From an uncultured Chloroflexia bacterium (GTDB taxonomy: Bacteria; Chloroflexota; Limnocylindria; Limnocylindrales; CSP1-4): a stretch of DNA of 64,000 nucleotides. The number at the start of each line of letters is the position of its first letter. Positions within the stretch are counted from its first letter, which is position 1. The stretch spans positions 192,481 through 256,480 of the forward strand of contig CAWHXM010000004.1 in assembly GCA_963833285.1 (NCBI GenBank), written 5' to 3'. The translations under genes and the position numbers were made by a program. This document shows positions 56,779 to 64,000 of this stretch, piece by piece. Under the pieces are notes generated by a model. The model saw only the letters and a list, made by a program, of their open reading frames with translations. It searched no databases and was not told the DNA's origin.

Positions 56779-58567
56779 CTACTCGGCTGCGATCAGGTAC
56801 CGGTAGAACGGCTGCCCGCCGTGGCGGACCTCGACCTCGACGCCGGGTGTCGCGGCGCCGATCCGGCGAGCCATCGTCTCGGCTTCCGTCAGGTCCGCAC
56901 CATCGCCGTAGAACAGGGTCAGCAGCTCGAACCCCGGGCTCAGCGCCGCGACCGCCGCGAGGACCGCCTTGTCGCGATCGTTGCCGGCCGCGATGAGGCC
57001 GTCGTCCGGGTCGAGCGCGATGGTCTGGCCGCGCTTGACCTTGCGTCCGCCGATCGTGGCGTCGCGGACCGCCTCGGTCACGACGAGCGTCTGGATCGCT
57101 CGGGCGGCCTCCGTCATCGGACCGCTGTTGGCGGTGGCGTCGAGGCTGGGGTCGAGCGACAGCAGCGCGGCGAACCCCTCGGCGGCGTTGCGCGTCGGCA
57201 CGACGACGACCGGTCGATCGGCCATCCCGGCGACCTGTCGCGCGGCGAGGACGACGTTGGGGTTGTTCGGAAGGACGATGACTTCGCGCGCGTCCACGGC
57301 CAGGATCGCCTCGAGGAGCTCGCCCGTGCTCGGGTTGGCCGATTGCCCGCCGCGAACGACGGCCGCCACCCCGAAATCGTTGAAGATCGCCGCCAGGCCG
57401 TCGCCCGCGACGACCGCGACGACGCCCAGCGCCGGCGCGTCGACCGCGACGGCGGCAGGGGCCGCGGTCGGTGGCAGCGTCATGGCCTCGGCCGTGGCCG
57501 TCGCAGCCGACGCCGTGCCCGACCGCGTTGGCGAGGCGCCATCGGTCGAGGTGGCAGCCCGCTCCGCCGGCGCCTCGTGGCCATCACCCGCGTCGCCGGT
57601 CGTGAACGCCGCGGCGCGCGTTTCGCGCACGTCGCGCGCCTGGTTGTCGAGGTTCTCGATGCTGATCCGGCTGAGCGCGCCCTGGCTCAGGCCGTAGCCC
57701 ACGACCAGGTCGGGGCGTTCGTTGTGGACGTGGATCTTGAGCGCGCGGCTGTCGCCCGCGACGAGCACCGACTCTCCGATCGATTCGAGGTGGTCGCGGA
57801 TGGCGTCGACGTCGAGGCTTCCGGTGCCGTTCGGCTGGAGGAGGAACATCGTCTCGTAGCCGAAGCCCTCGTCCGCATGGGCCACGAGGGTCGACATCTT
57901 GACGCCGGCTCCGGCGTGCGCACGGTCGCGCGCCGCACCCGCCGGTGCCTTCCCGACGAGGTACAGGAGCGCGCCCTGGAACAGCCGGTACAGGCCCTGC
58001 CCGCCCGAAATCGACGACGCCCGCCTCGCGCAGGATGGCAAGCAGGCTCGGCGTCCGCGCCACGGACTTCTCGGCGGCATCGAGCGTCGCCGTCAAGACC
58101 GTCTCGATGTCGTTGTCACGTTCGGCGGCGATCACCGCCGCATCGGCCGATTCGCGGATGACGGTCAGGATCGTGCCCTCGACGGGCTTGGCGACGGCGC
58201 CGTACGCGGTCCGTGCGCCTTCCGACAGGGCGTGCGCCAGATCGAGGCCGTTGAACCGGCGCTTGCCGCCCAGCCCTTCGGCCATGCCACGGAAGATCTG
58301 GCTGGTGATGACTCCCGAGTTGCCACGTGCGCCCATCAACGCCCCGAAGCTGATCGCCGCCGCGATCCGGTCGGCCGGCTGCCCGGCCGTCGACTCCGCT
58401 TCCTCGAGCGCGGCCCTGACCGTGGCCAGCATGTTCGAGCCGGTGTCGCCGTCGGGGACCGGGTAGACGTTCAGGGCGTTGATCTCGTCGACGTGCGCCT
58501 CGAGGTTGGCAACGGCCGCCCGGAACGCCTCCAGCAGGCCCTCGCCGTCGCACGCCCGGCGGGCCAT
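56779..58567 (-). CDS. yloV: DAK2 domain fusion protein YloV, frameshifted as sequenced (1 extra nt at 58008..58010)
   Basis: The DhaL/DAK2 part (NVYPVPDGDTGSNM...ILREAGVVD) lies in one frame. The continuation SGGQGLYRLFQGAL...GGQPFYRYLIAAE lies in another. Span is 1789 nt, which is 3n+1. Confidence 0.88.
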
Positions 58568-58989
58568 CAGGCGACGTCCGTCCCGCTGTCGGCGAGGTCC
58601 CGCGGTCCGACGGACCCCCGCTCCGCGTGGATGACCGACGGAGGAGCCCCGCCGGGACCGAAGCGCAGGCCATCGATGTGGATCGTCAGCCGCCGGACGT
58701 CGCGGCCCAGCGCGTGTCGCAGCGAGTAGCGGACGGCCGAGTCGACCTGGCGGGCGACCTCCGCGACCGGCACGCCGTAGGCGACGGTGAGGTCGAGATC
58801 GAGATCGATCGTGTCGCCGAGGTGGACCGCGATCCCCGGCTGGGCGAGACCGATCCGGCCGAGGAGGCGTTCGTGCAGCCGTCCGGCGAAGCCGGTCACG
58901 CCGTACGACCCGAGCGTCGCCGTCCGCACCAGATCGACGACAGCCTGGCGAGTGACGAACGATCGGCCGTATCGGCTTCGGGTGGGCAC
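58567..58989 (-). CDS. Asp23/Gls24 family protein (YloU-like)
   Basis: 140 aa. VTRQAVVDLVRTATLGSYGVTGF...DLDLTVAYGVPVAEVARQVDSAVRYSL. The stop overlaps the yloV ATG. Confidence 0.85.
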   Translation of the reverse strand: MPTRSRYGRSFVTRQAVVDLVRTATLGSYGVTGFAGRLHERLLGRIGLAQPGIAVHLGDTIDLDLDLTVAYGVPVAEVARQVDSAVRYSLRHALGRDVRRLTIHIDGLRFGPGGAPPSVIHAERGSVGPRDLADSGTDVA

Positions 58990-59052
58990 GCGGGCGACGT
59001 TCTCCTGGCGTGACTGGGTCGGGCAGTCCTGACATGGGCGTCGGGAGGCCGT

Positions 59053-59062
59053 GTGCTATTCT
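59053..59062. promoter_or_regulatory. shared AT-rich block giving TGcTATTCT (+, rpmB) and TAGAAT (-, yloU operon) -10 elements
   Basis: Plus strand tgctattcta. TATTCT lies 65 nt upstream of the rpmB ATG. The reverse complement TAGAAT lies ~68 nt upstream of the yloU ATG. Confidence 0.4.
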
Positions 59063-59125
59063 ACCGCTCCGTTCGGGCCCTTCCGGGCACGGCGACCTCC
59101 ATCTCGACCCTCCAGAGGACCACGC

Positions 59126-59323
59126 ATGGCCCGCTCCTGCGCGATCTGCGGCAAGGTATCGATGGGCGGCTTCAACCCGCAGTCGTCGGGGATGAACCGC
59201 GTTCGAGCCCACCGCCGCATGAAGCCGAACCTCCAGCCGCTCGTCATCGACATCAAGGGCACACCGACGAGAACGCTCGTCTGCACCCGCTGCCGGCGCA
59301 CCCAGCTCAAGTCGGCGAAATAG
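59126..59323 (+). CDS. rpmB: 50S ribosomal protein L28
   Basis: 65 aa from ATG 59126. MARSCAICGKVSMGGFNPQSSGMNRVRAHRRMKPNLQ. Confidence 0.92.
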   Translation: MARSCAICGKVSMGGFNPQSSGMNRVRAHRRMKPNLQPLVIDIKGTPTRTLVCTRCRRTQLKSAK

Positions 59324-59357
59324 CCCCGGGACGTCCCGCGACGGCACCACTCGAGAC

Positions 59358-59383
59358 GCACCGTCCGACCGGTCGCGCGGTGC
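59358..59383 (+). terminator. hairpin downstream of rpmB (weak U-tract)
   Basis: GCACCG-tc-CGACCGGTCG-cg-CGGTGC followed by GGTCGGTCGTTC. Confidence 0.3.
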
Positions 59384-59699
59384 GGTCGGTCGTTCAAGTG
59401 AGCGGGCCCGTGGCCGGCGGTCAGCGAGAGGATCCTGGGCGCATCGAGTGTCGGGGGCCGCGGATCCGCCGGCGACGACACGAGCCTCACGCCCCGGAGG
59501 GCTCCGTGCTCGGCGATCCCGGAAAGGTCCGCACCAAGAATTCTGAAGTGGCCTGGCGACCCGAGGACTGACCCTCGGCGGCAACCGTCCCGGATGTCGA
59601 CGAACCGATCGGGATCGTCGTGCTGAACGAGCCGTCCGCCGCGGCGACAGCCGAACCGACGAGGGCACCGTCGAGCAGGACGTCGACGGTCTCGCCTGC

Positions 59700-59989
59700 C
59701 TTGCCTCGACGAACGTCGCGCGGTAGAGCTCACCGATCTTCCCGTCCATCACGGCGGAGAACGGCTGGCCGCCGAACGCCCGGGCGAGCTCCATCTCCGG
59801 TGAGTCGATCCGGCGCACGCCACGGCGGGTCCGGCCGATCTTGAGGACGAAGTTCTCCAGCTCGGTCTCCGTGAAGGGCAGCCTGAACCGCCCCTCGTCC
59901 TCGCCCCCCAGCCCGCTGGCTTCGACGCGGTAGGTCCGTCGAGACGTGCCGCGCTCGATCCGGATGCGGAACTCGGCGTAGGTCGTCAT
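59700..59989 (-). pseudogene. truncated or frame-broken gene: N-terminal module resembling those of CHAT/STAND-type proteins
   Basis: ATG 59989. MTTYAEFRIRIERGTSRRTYRVEASGLGGEDEGRFRLPFTETELENFVLKIGRTRRGVRRIDSPEMELARAFGGQPFSAVMDGKIGELYRATFVEA. After that the frame turns Arg/Ser/Pro-rich. Family resemblance is from memory only. Confidence 0.4.
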
Positions 59990-60214
59990 CCGGCGACCGT
60001 GTCTGACGGCACCATCCCATCCGACCTCCACGGGACATTCCCGATGCCGCGCGCGTCGCCATCATATGTGCCCTGGCAATCGATCTCGGCGGGGCACAGC
60101 GACGGCCCACGTCGCATGGCGTCATGACGCGCGTCCGTCAGGCGCACCTTCGTTGCATTCGAGCGTGATACGCCCGCGGATTCCGGCGATCCCTGGCCTC
60201 GGCCCGCAGACGCG

Positions 60215-60934
60215 TCAGTCCCCCTCGAGGTCCAGCGATCGGATCGGCCGTTCGCGGTCGTCGACCAGGCGCCAGCCGGTGCCGAGCTCGTCGTCCTCTC
60301 CCGCCAGGAACGCCTCGATCGCGTCGACGACGGCGCGTCGTGGGGTCTTCGCATCCGCGGCCTGGCGGAGCCGCCGTTCGAGGGCGAGCCGGGCGAGCGC
60401 GGGGCGGCCGTCGACGACCTCGGCGCGAGCCACGGCCTCGGCCTCGTCGACGTCGAGGGCGCGCAGCCGGGCGATCATCTCCGCGGCCCGCTGGCGGCCG
60501 GCCGGCTTGAGGTCGCGGAACCAGCGCGGCTCGGGCGGCTCGTCGGGCTCGGGCCGCTCCAGCGGCTCGGCTGCTCCCGGCGACGCGTCCCGTTCGGGCG
60601 CCTGTCCGGCATCGGCCGATCGGTCCACCCCGGATCCATGCGCGGCGGGCCGGCCGCTCGGCGGCTTGCTCGACGATGCGGGCTCCGACCGCGCCTTCTC
60701 GATCCGGTCAGCCAGCGGCGACGTCGCCGGTCCCTCGGTCCGAGCCGATTCGATCGCATCCTTCGCCGCGCCGAGCGACGGGAAGGGCCCGCGCACGAGC
60801 GGCAGCCCGAACTCGTTCGTCTGGGTCGTGTCGACGATCACCCAGGTCCCCGACTGCGGCTCGATCTGGAACCGGCCGTCCTTCGTCTCCCATCGCCCGC
60901 CACCCAGGCGGCGGAGCGGGTCAGCGGTTGCCAT
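60215..60934 (-). CDS. hypothetical protein (globular N-domain, disordered linker, helical C-domain)
   Basis: 239 aa. GGGRWETKDGRFQIEPQSGTWVIVDTTQTNEFGLPLVRGPFPSLGAAKDAIE, then a Pro/Glu/Ser linker, then an Arg/Ala helical region ending in GWRLVDDRERPIRSLDLE. No family recognised. Confidence 0.6.
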   Translation of the reverse strand: MATADPLRRLGGGRWETKDGRFQIEPQSGTWVIVDTTQTNEFGLPLVRGPFPSLGAAKDAIESARTEGPATSPLADRIEKARSEPASSSKPPSGRPAAHGSGVDRSADAGQAPERDASPGAAEPLERPEPDEPPEPRWFRDLKPAGRQRAAEMIARLRALDVDEAEAVARAEVVDGRPALARLALERRLRQAADAKTPRRAVVDAIEAFLAGEDDELGTGWRLVDDRERPIRSLDLEGD

Positions 60935-60955
60935 GGACCCAGTATCCGCGCACGG

Positions 60956-61402
60956 CTAGCGGTCCGCCGTGTCGAGCCAGATCGTGAACGGGCCGTCGTT
61001 GACGAGCTCGAGAGCCATCTCGGCCCCGAAGCGGCCGGTCGCGACGGTCACGCCGAGCCTCCGGAGCGCCTCGGCGAAGCGCAGGTAGAGGCGCTCGGCG
61101 TGGTCGGCTGCCGCCCCGCCGGTGAACCCGGGGCGCCGTCCGCGGCGCGTGTCGGCATAGAGCGTGAACTGGGAGACGACGAGGGCCGCTCCACCCGTGT
61201 CGAGCAGGGACAGGTTGGTCCGAGCCTCGGCGTCGCGAAAGATGCGCAGCTCCGCGGCCTTGCGCGCGAGCTCGTCGGCGGTCGACTCGGTATCGTCCGG
61301 CCCGACACCCAGCAGGATGACGAGACCGGCGCCGATCTCGCCGACGACCGTCCCCTCGACGAGCACCCGGGCGCCGGTGGATCGCTGGAGGAGCGCCCTC
61401 AC
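60956..61402 (-). CDS. dtd: D-aminoacyl-tRNA deacylase
   Basis: 148 aa from GTG 61402 (GTGA overlap with the rpe stop). [40 protein letters not shown]. Confidence 0.92.
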   Translation of the reverse strand: MRALLQRSTGARVLVEGTVVGEIGAGLVILLGVGPDDTESTADELARKAAELRIFRDAEARTNLSLLDTGGAALVVSQFTLYADTRRGRRPGFTGGAAADHAERLYLRFAEALRRLGVTVATGRFGAEMALELVNDGPFTIWLDTADR

Positions 61403-62394
61403 GGCTGACCGGGCGGCGCGATGACCCGGTGCTCGGCGATGAAGGCCGTTCGCCACGCCGCGGCCTCACGCTCGTAGCGGGTCCGGATCGCTGCGAAGCG
61501 CTCGACCACGACACCCTCCGCCGACGCGGGAACGAGCAGGTCGTAGTCGCGGACACCATCGGGGTTGATCTGGCCGCCGCCCCGAAGCATGACCACCGGG
61601 ACTCCGCCGGCCTCGATCTCGTCCATGAACCGCTTGGCGAGATGCTTCGGCAGCGAGGCGAATGTGACCATCCGATCGCGCGGGATCGGGGGGACGCCGC
61701 CGTTCAGCGTGTACTGGTAGCCCTCGTCGGCGAGCGCGCGGATGAGGCGGATCTCGCGGCCCATGTCGTGGCCCTTGACGAACAGCGCCGATCCGACGAC
61801 GAGGATGTCCACGCCGAGGCCCCCGGCAAACTCGGCGGTCTCGCGGTTGATCCCGCCGTCGACGTGGACCTCGCCCCCGAACGCCCGATGGCTGAACAGC
61901 TCGCGCGCCGCCGGCAGCTTCGCCGCCGCGACGTCCTTCATGAACGACTGCCCACCGAAGCCCGGTTCGACGGTCATCACCAGCACGATGTCGAGGAGCT
62001 CACGGTACGGCTCGAGGGCCGACAGCGGCGTCGCCGGCTTGACCGCGAGTCCGGCGGCCCGGCCGGCCGCCCGGATGCGGCGGAGCGTCGGCTCGATCGC
62101 CTCCTCGATCTCGACGTGGAACGTGATCGAGTCGCAGCCGGCCTCGAGGTAGTCATCGAGGAAGCGGCCCGGCTCGTCGACCATCAGATGCGCGTCGAAC
62201 GGCAGCTCGGTGCGCCGCCGCAGGTGCTTGATGGACTTCGCCCCGAAGGTGAGGTTCGGGACGAAGTGGGCGTCCATGACGTCGAGGTGGATCCTGTCCG
62301 CGCCCGACGCCTGGACGCGACGGACGGCATACGCGAGGTTCGACAGGTCGGCGTCGAGGATGCTCGCCGCGACCCGGGCACGGCCGTCGGCCAC
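61399..62394 (-). CDS. rpe: ribulose-phosphate 3-epimerase with ~105-aa C-terminal extension
   Basis: 331 aa from GTG 62394. [42 protein letters not shown]. Residues 225-331 are an extra domain. Confidence 0.9.
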   Translation of the reverse strand: MADGRARVAASILDADLSNLAYAVRRVQASGADRIHLDVMDAHFVPNLTFGAKSIKHLRRRTELPFDAHLMVDEPGRFLDDYLEAGCDSITFHVEIEEAIEPTLRRIRAAGRAAGLAVKPATPLSALEPYRELLDIVLVMTVEPGFGGQSFMKDVAAAKLPAARELFSHRAFGGEVHVDGGINRETAEFAGGLGVDILVVGSALFVKGHDMGREIRLIRALADEGYQYTLNGGVPPIPRDRMVTFASLPKHLAKRFMDEIEAGGVPVVMLRGGGQINPDGVRDYDLLVPASAEGVVVERFAAIRTRYEREAAAWRTAFIAEHRVIAPPGQP

Positions 62395-62396
62395 GG

Positions 62397-63575
62397 TCAG
62401 TCCCCCACCCCGGCCGGGACCGGCTCGTGACTGCGTTCGCCGAGCAGCGCGGCGGCGCTCTCGGCCACGAGACGGGCGCGCCGCCGGGCGACGACCGGCG
62501 GGGCCGGCTCGCCGGCCCGTTCGGCCGCCAGCTGGCCACAGGCGGCGCCGACCTCCTGCCCGCGGTTGCGCCGGATCGTGGTCTCGATCCCGGCCGCGCG
62601 GAGGGTCGTGGCGAAGCGCTCGATGACCGGCATCGGGCTGGCGGTCCACGGCGTGTGGGCGACCGGGTTCATCGGGATCAGGTTGACGTGGGCGTGATCG
62701 CCGCGCAAGAGCTCGGCCATCGCCGTCGCGTCGAGCTCGGTGTCGTTGACACCCCCGATCATCGTCACCTCGTACGAGATCCGCCGGCCGGTGGCGGCCG
62801 CATGGTCGCGGGCGGCCGCGATGACCTCGGCGACCGGCCAGCGCCGATTGAGCGGCACGAGCACGTCGCGCAACGGGTCGCGCGCGGCGTGGAGCGACAC
62901 GGCCAGCGTGAACTGCGGCCCGAGCGCGGTCAGCCGCCGGATCCCGGGCACGACCCCAGAGGTCGAGACCGTGATGTGCCGGGCCCCCAAGCCGTAGCGG
63001 CGACGATCGTTGAGCGCCTCGATGGCGGCCAGCACGCGATCGAGATTGAGCAGCGGCTCGCCCATGCCCATGAACACGATGTTGGTCAGGCGCCGGCCCT
63101 CCCCGGTCAGGCGGCGGGATGCGGACCGCACCTGGTCGACGATCTCGGCCACCTCGAGGTCACGCCCGAACCCGAGCTCCCCGGTGGCGCAGAACGGGCA
63201 GCCGACCGCGCAGCCGGCCTGGCTCGAGATGCACAACGTGTGCCGCTCGCGCGATCCCGGCCGCGCCGGGTAGTGCATCAGCACCGACTCGATGAGCGCC
63301 CCGTCGTCGAGCTTGTGGAGCGACTTCTCGGTCAGCCCGCCGTCGGCTTCGCGAACCTCGGTGTCGGCGACCGTGTCGAAGCGGAAGGCGGCGTCGAGGG
63401 CGTCGCGCAGCGGCGCCGGGAGCGTCCGGATGTCGGCCGCGCTGCGGGCGTCGCCGCGCCAGACCGCATCGCCGATCTGCCGGGCGCGATAGGCCGGCTC
63501 GCCGCGCTCGACGAGCCAGTCCGTGAGCGCCTCGGTCGTCAGGCCGGAGATCCCGGGTCGCGTTTCATCGGTCAC
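62397..63575 (-). CDS. rlmN: 23S rRNA/tRNA (adenine-C2)-methyltransferase RlmN (radical SAM)
   Basis: 392 aa. SSQAGCAVGCPFCATG, GMGEPLLN, and a C-terminal Cys (GAACGQL). Confidence 0.94.
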   Translation of the reverse strand: MTDETRPGISGLTTEALTDWLVERGEPAYRARQIGDAVWRGDARSAADIRTLPAPLRDALDAAFRFDTVADTEVREADGGLTEKSLHKLDDGALIESVLMHYPARPGSRERHTLCISSQAGCAVGCPFCATGELGFGRDLEVAEIVDQVRSASRRLTGEGRRLTNIVFMGMGEPLLNLDRVLAAIEALNDRRRYGLGARHITVSTSGVVPGIRRLTALGPQFTLAVSLHAARDPLRDVLVPLNRRWPVAEVIAAARDHAAATGRRISYEVTMIGGVNDTELDATAMAELLRGDHAHVNLIPMNPVAHTPWTASPMPVIERFATTLRAAGIETTIRRNRGQEVGAACGQLAAERAGEPAPPVVARRRARLVAESAAALLGERSHEPVPAGVGD

Positions 63576-63592
63576 GAGATGATGCTAGCCGG

Positions 63593-64000
63593 TCACGGAC
63601 GACGGCCCGTGAGCATCTCTCGCCAGGACCCCTGCAGGCCGCGTCGGAAGGCCGCGCCAGACATCCTGCGCCCGCCCGGCGGTTGGACCTCCAGCAGGCG
63701 CAGCCGGCCGTCGCTGGTGGCCACCGCGATGCCGTCCCGCCCGTCATCGACGAAGGTCAGCGGCCGATCCGTTGGCCGACCAGGCATCGCTTCGGCGGCC
63801 CACACGATGAGCCGCTCAGGCGCCTCGATGAACGAGCCCGGCCACGGCTGGTAGGCGCGGACCTGGCGCTCGAGCTCCACGGCCGGCCGGAAGGGATCCA
63901 GCCGGCCGTCCTGGCGCGTGAGCCGCCTCGTTACCGTGGCGCCCTCGGCAGGCTGTGGTCGAGCGGCGACCTCGCCACGCAACCACGGTCCGAGCTCGTC
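63593..64000 (-). CDS. fmt: methionyl-tRNA formyltransferase, C-terminal part (gene continues beyond the right edge)
   Basis: The frame is open to 64000. ...RPQPAEGATVTRRLTRQDGRLDPFRPAVELERQVRAYQPWPGSF...LRLLEVQPPGGRRMSGAAFRRG is a typical Fmt C-domain. Confidence 0.88.
   Translation of the reverse strand, partial: DELGPWLRGEVAARPQPAEGATVTRRLTRQDGRLDPFRPAVELERQVRAYQPWPGSFIEAPERLIVWAAEAMPGRPTDRPLTFVDDGRDGIAVATSDGRLRLLEVQPPGGRRMSGAAFRRGLQGSWREMLTGRRP

Noticed and set aside
56779-60031. Two overlapping ORFs (56779..58080 and 57584..60031) as separate genes, with the second as an 815-aa protein
   Set aside because: They are the two halves of yloV, joined by a 1-nt frameshift at 58008..58010. 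The part of the 815-aa ORF upstream of 58567 overlaps the Asp23-like gene and rpmB antisense region and is junk, apart from the separate 97-codon CHAT-like stump at its very start.

Overview
High-GC (about 70% by eye) bacterial chromosomal segment. I saw no rRNA, tRNA or CRISPR array. It holds about 65 protein genes, more than 85% on the minus strand. They form a long run of core information-processing operons whose order is typical of Terrabacteria (Actinomycetota/Chloroflexota/Firmicutes-like). Read 5'->3' on the minus strand the blocks are: fmt-rlmN-rpe-dtd-hyp; rpmB(+) divergent from yloU-yloV-recG-rsmD-coaD-(coiled-coil)-DUF177-rpmF-plsX-asp23-nusB-acpP-rnc-smc-ftsY; MFS(+); ffh-DUF3352-rpsP-KH-rimM-trmD-rplS-rnhB; cytochrome b(+); yraN; rpsB-tsf-pyrH-frr-uppS-cdsA-dxr-rseP-ispG; IS256-family element(+); nusA-ylxR-infB-rbfA-nrnA-truB-ribF; pduO(+); chrB-like; rpsO-pnp-asd-udg-rnj-ftsK-rodZ-like-cinA-murC-like-SnoaL-yajQ-TPP enzyme-DUF952. 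GTG starts and 4-nt GTGA/ATGA start-stop overlaps are very frequent. Most long plus-strand ORFs in the track are antisense or out-of-frame shadows (Arg/Pro/Gly/Ala-rich). The most notable observation is that the polynucleotide phosphorylase gene carries an in-frame, apparently catalytically complete DEDDh (DnaQ/RNase T-like) 3'-5' exonuclease domain inserted in its inter-PH helical linker. I do not know of a described PNPase with this architecture. Other points: a well-formed 178-codon coiled-coil gene has no canonical start codon and is missing from the ORF track. The nusA leader has a -10 element followed by a canonical terminator. An intact IS256-family element sits where rimP is normally found. 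An SD-sequestering switch-like structure lies ahead of pnp. An orphan cytochrome b6-type gene has a consensus promoter. Rpe carries an extra C-terminal domain. dxr and yloV are each broken by a single-base frameshift at a short homopolymer, which is probably assembly error. ylxR has no canonical start. An extended -10 motif (GTGCTAYACT) recurs upstream of many operons. No defence island or obvious multi-gene novel system was recognised. All calls rest on reading the translations and sequence by eye, with no database search.
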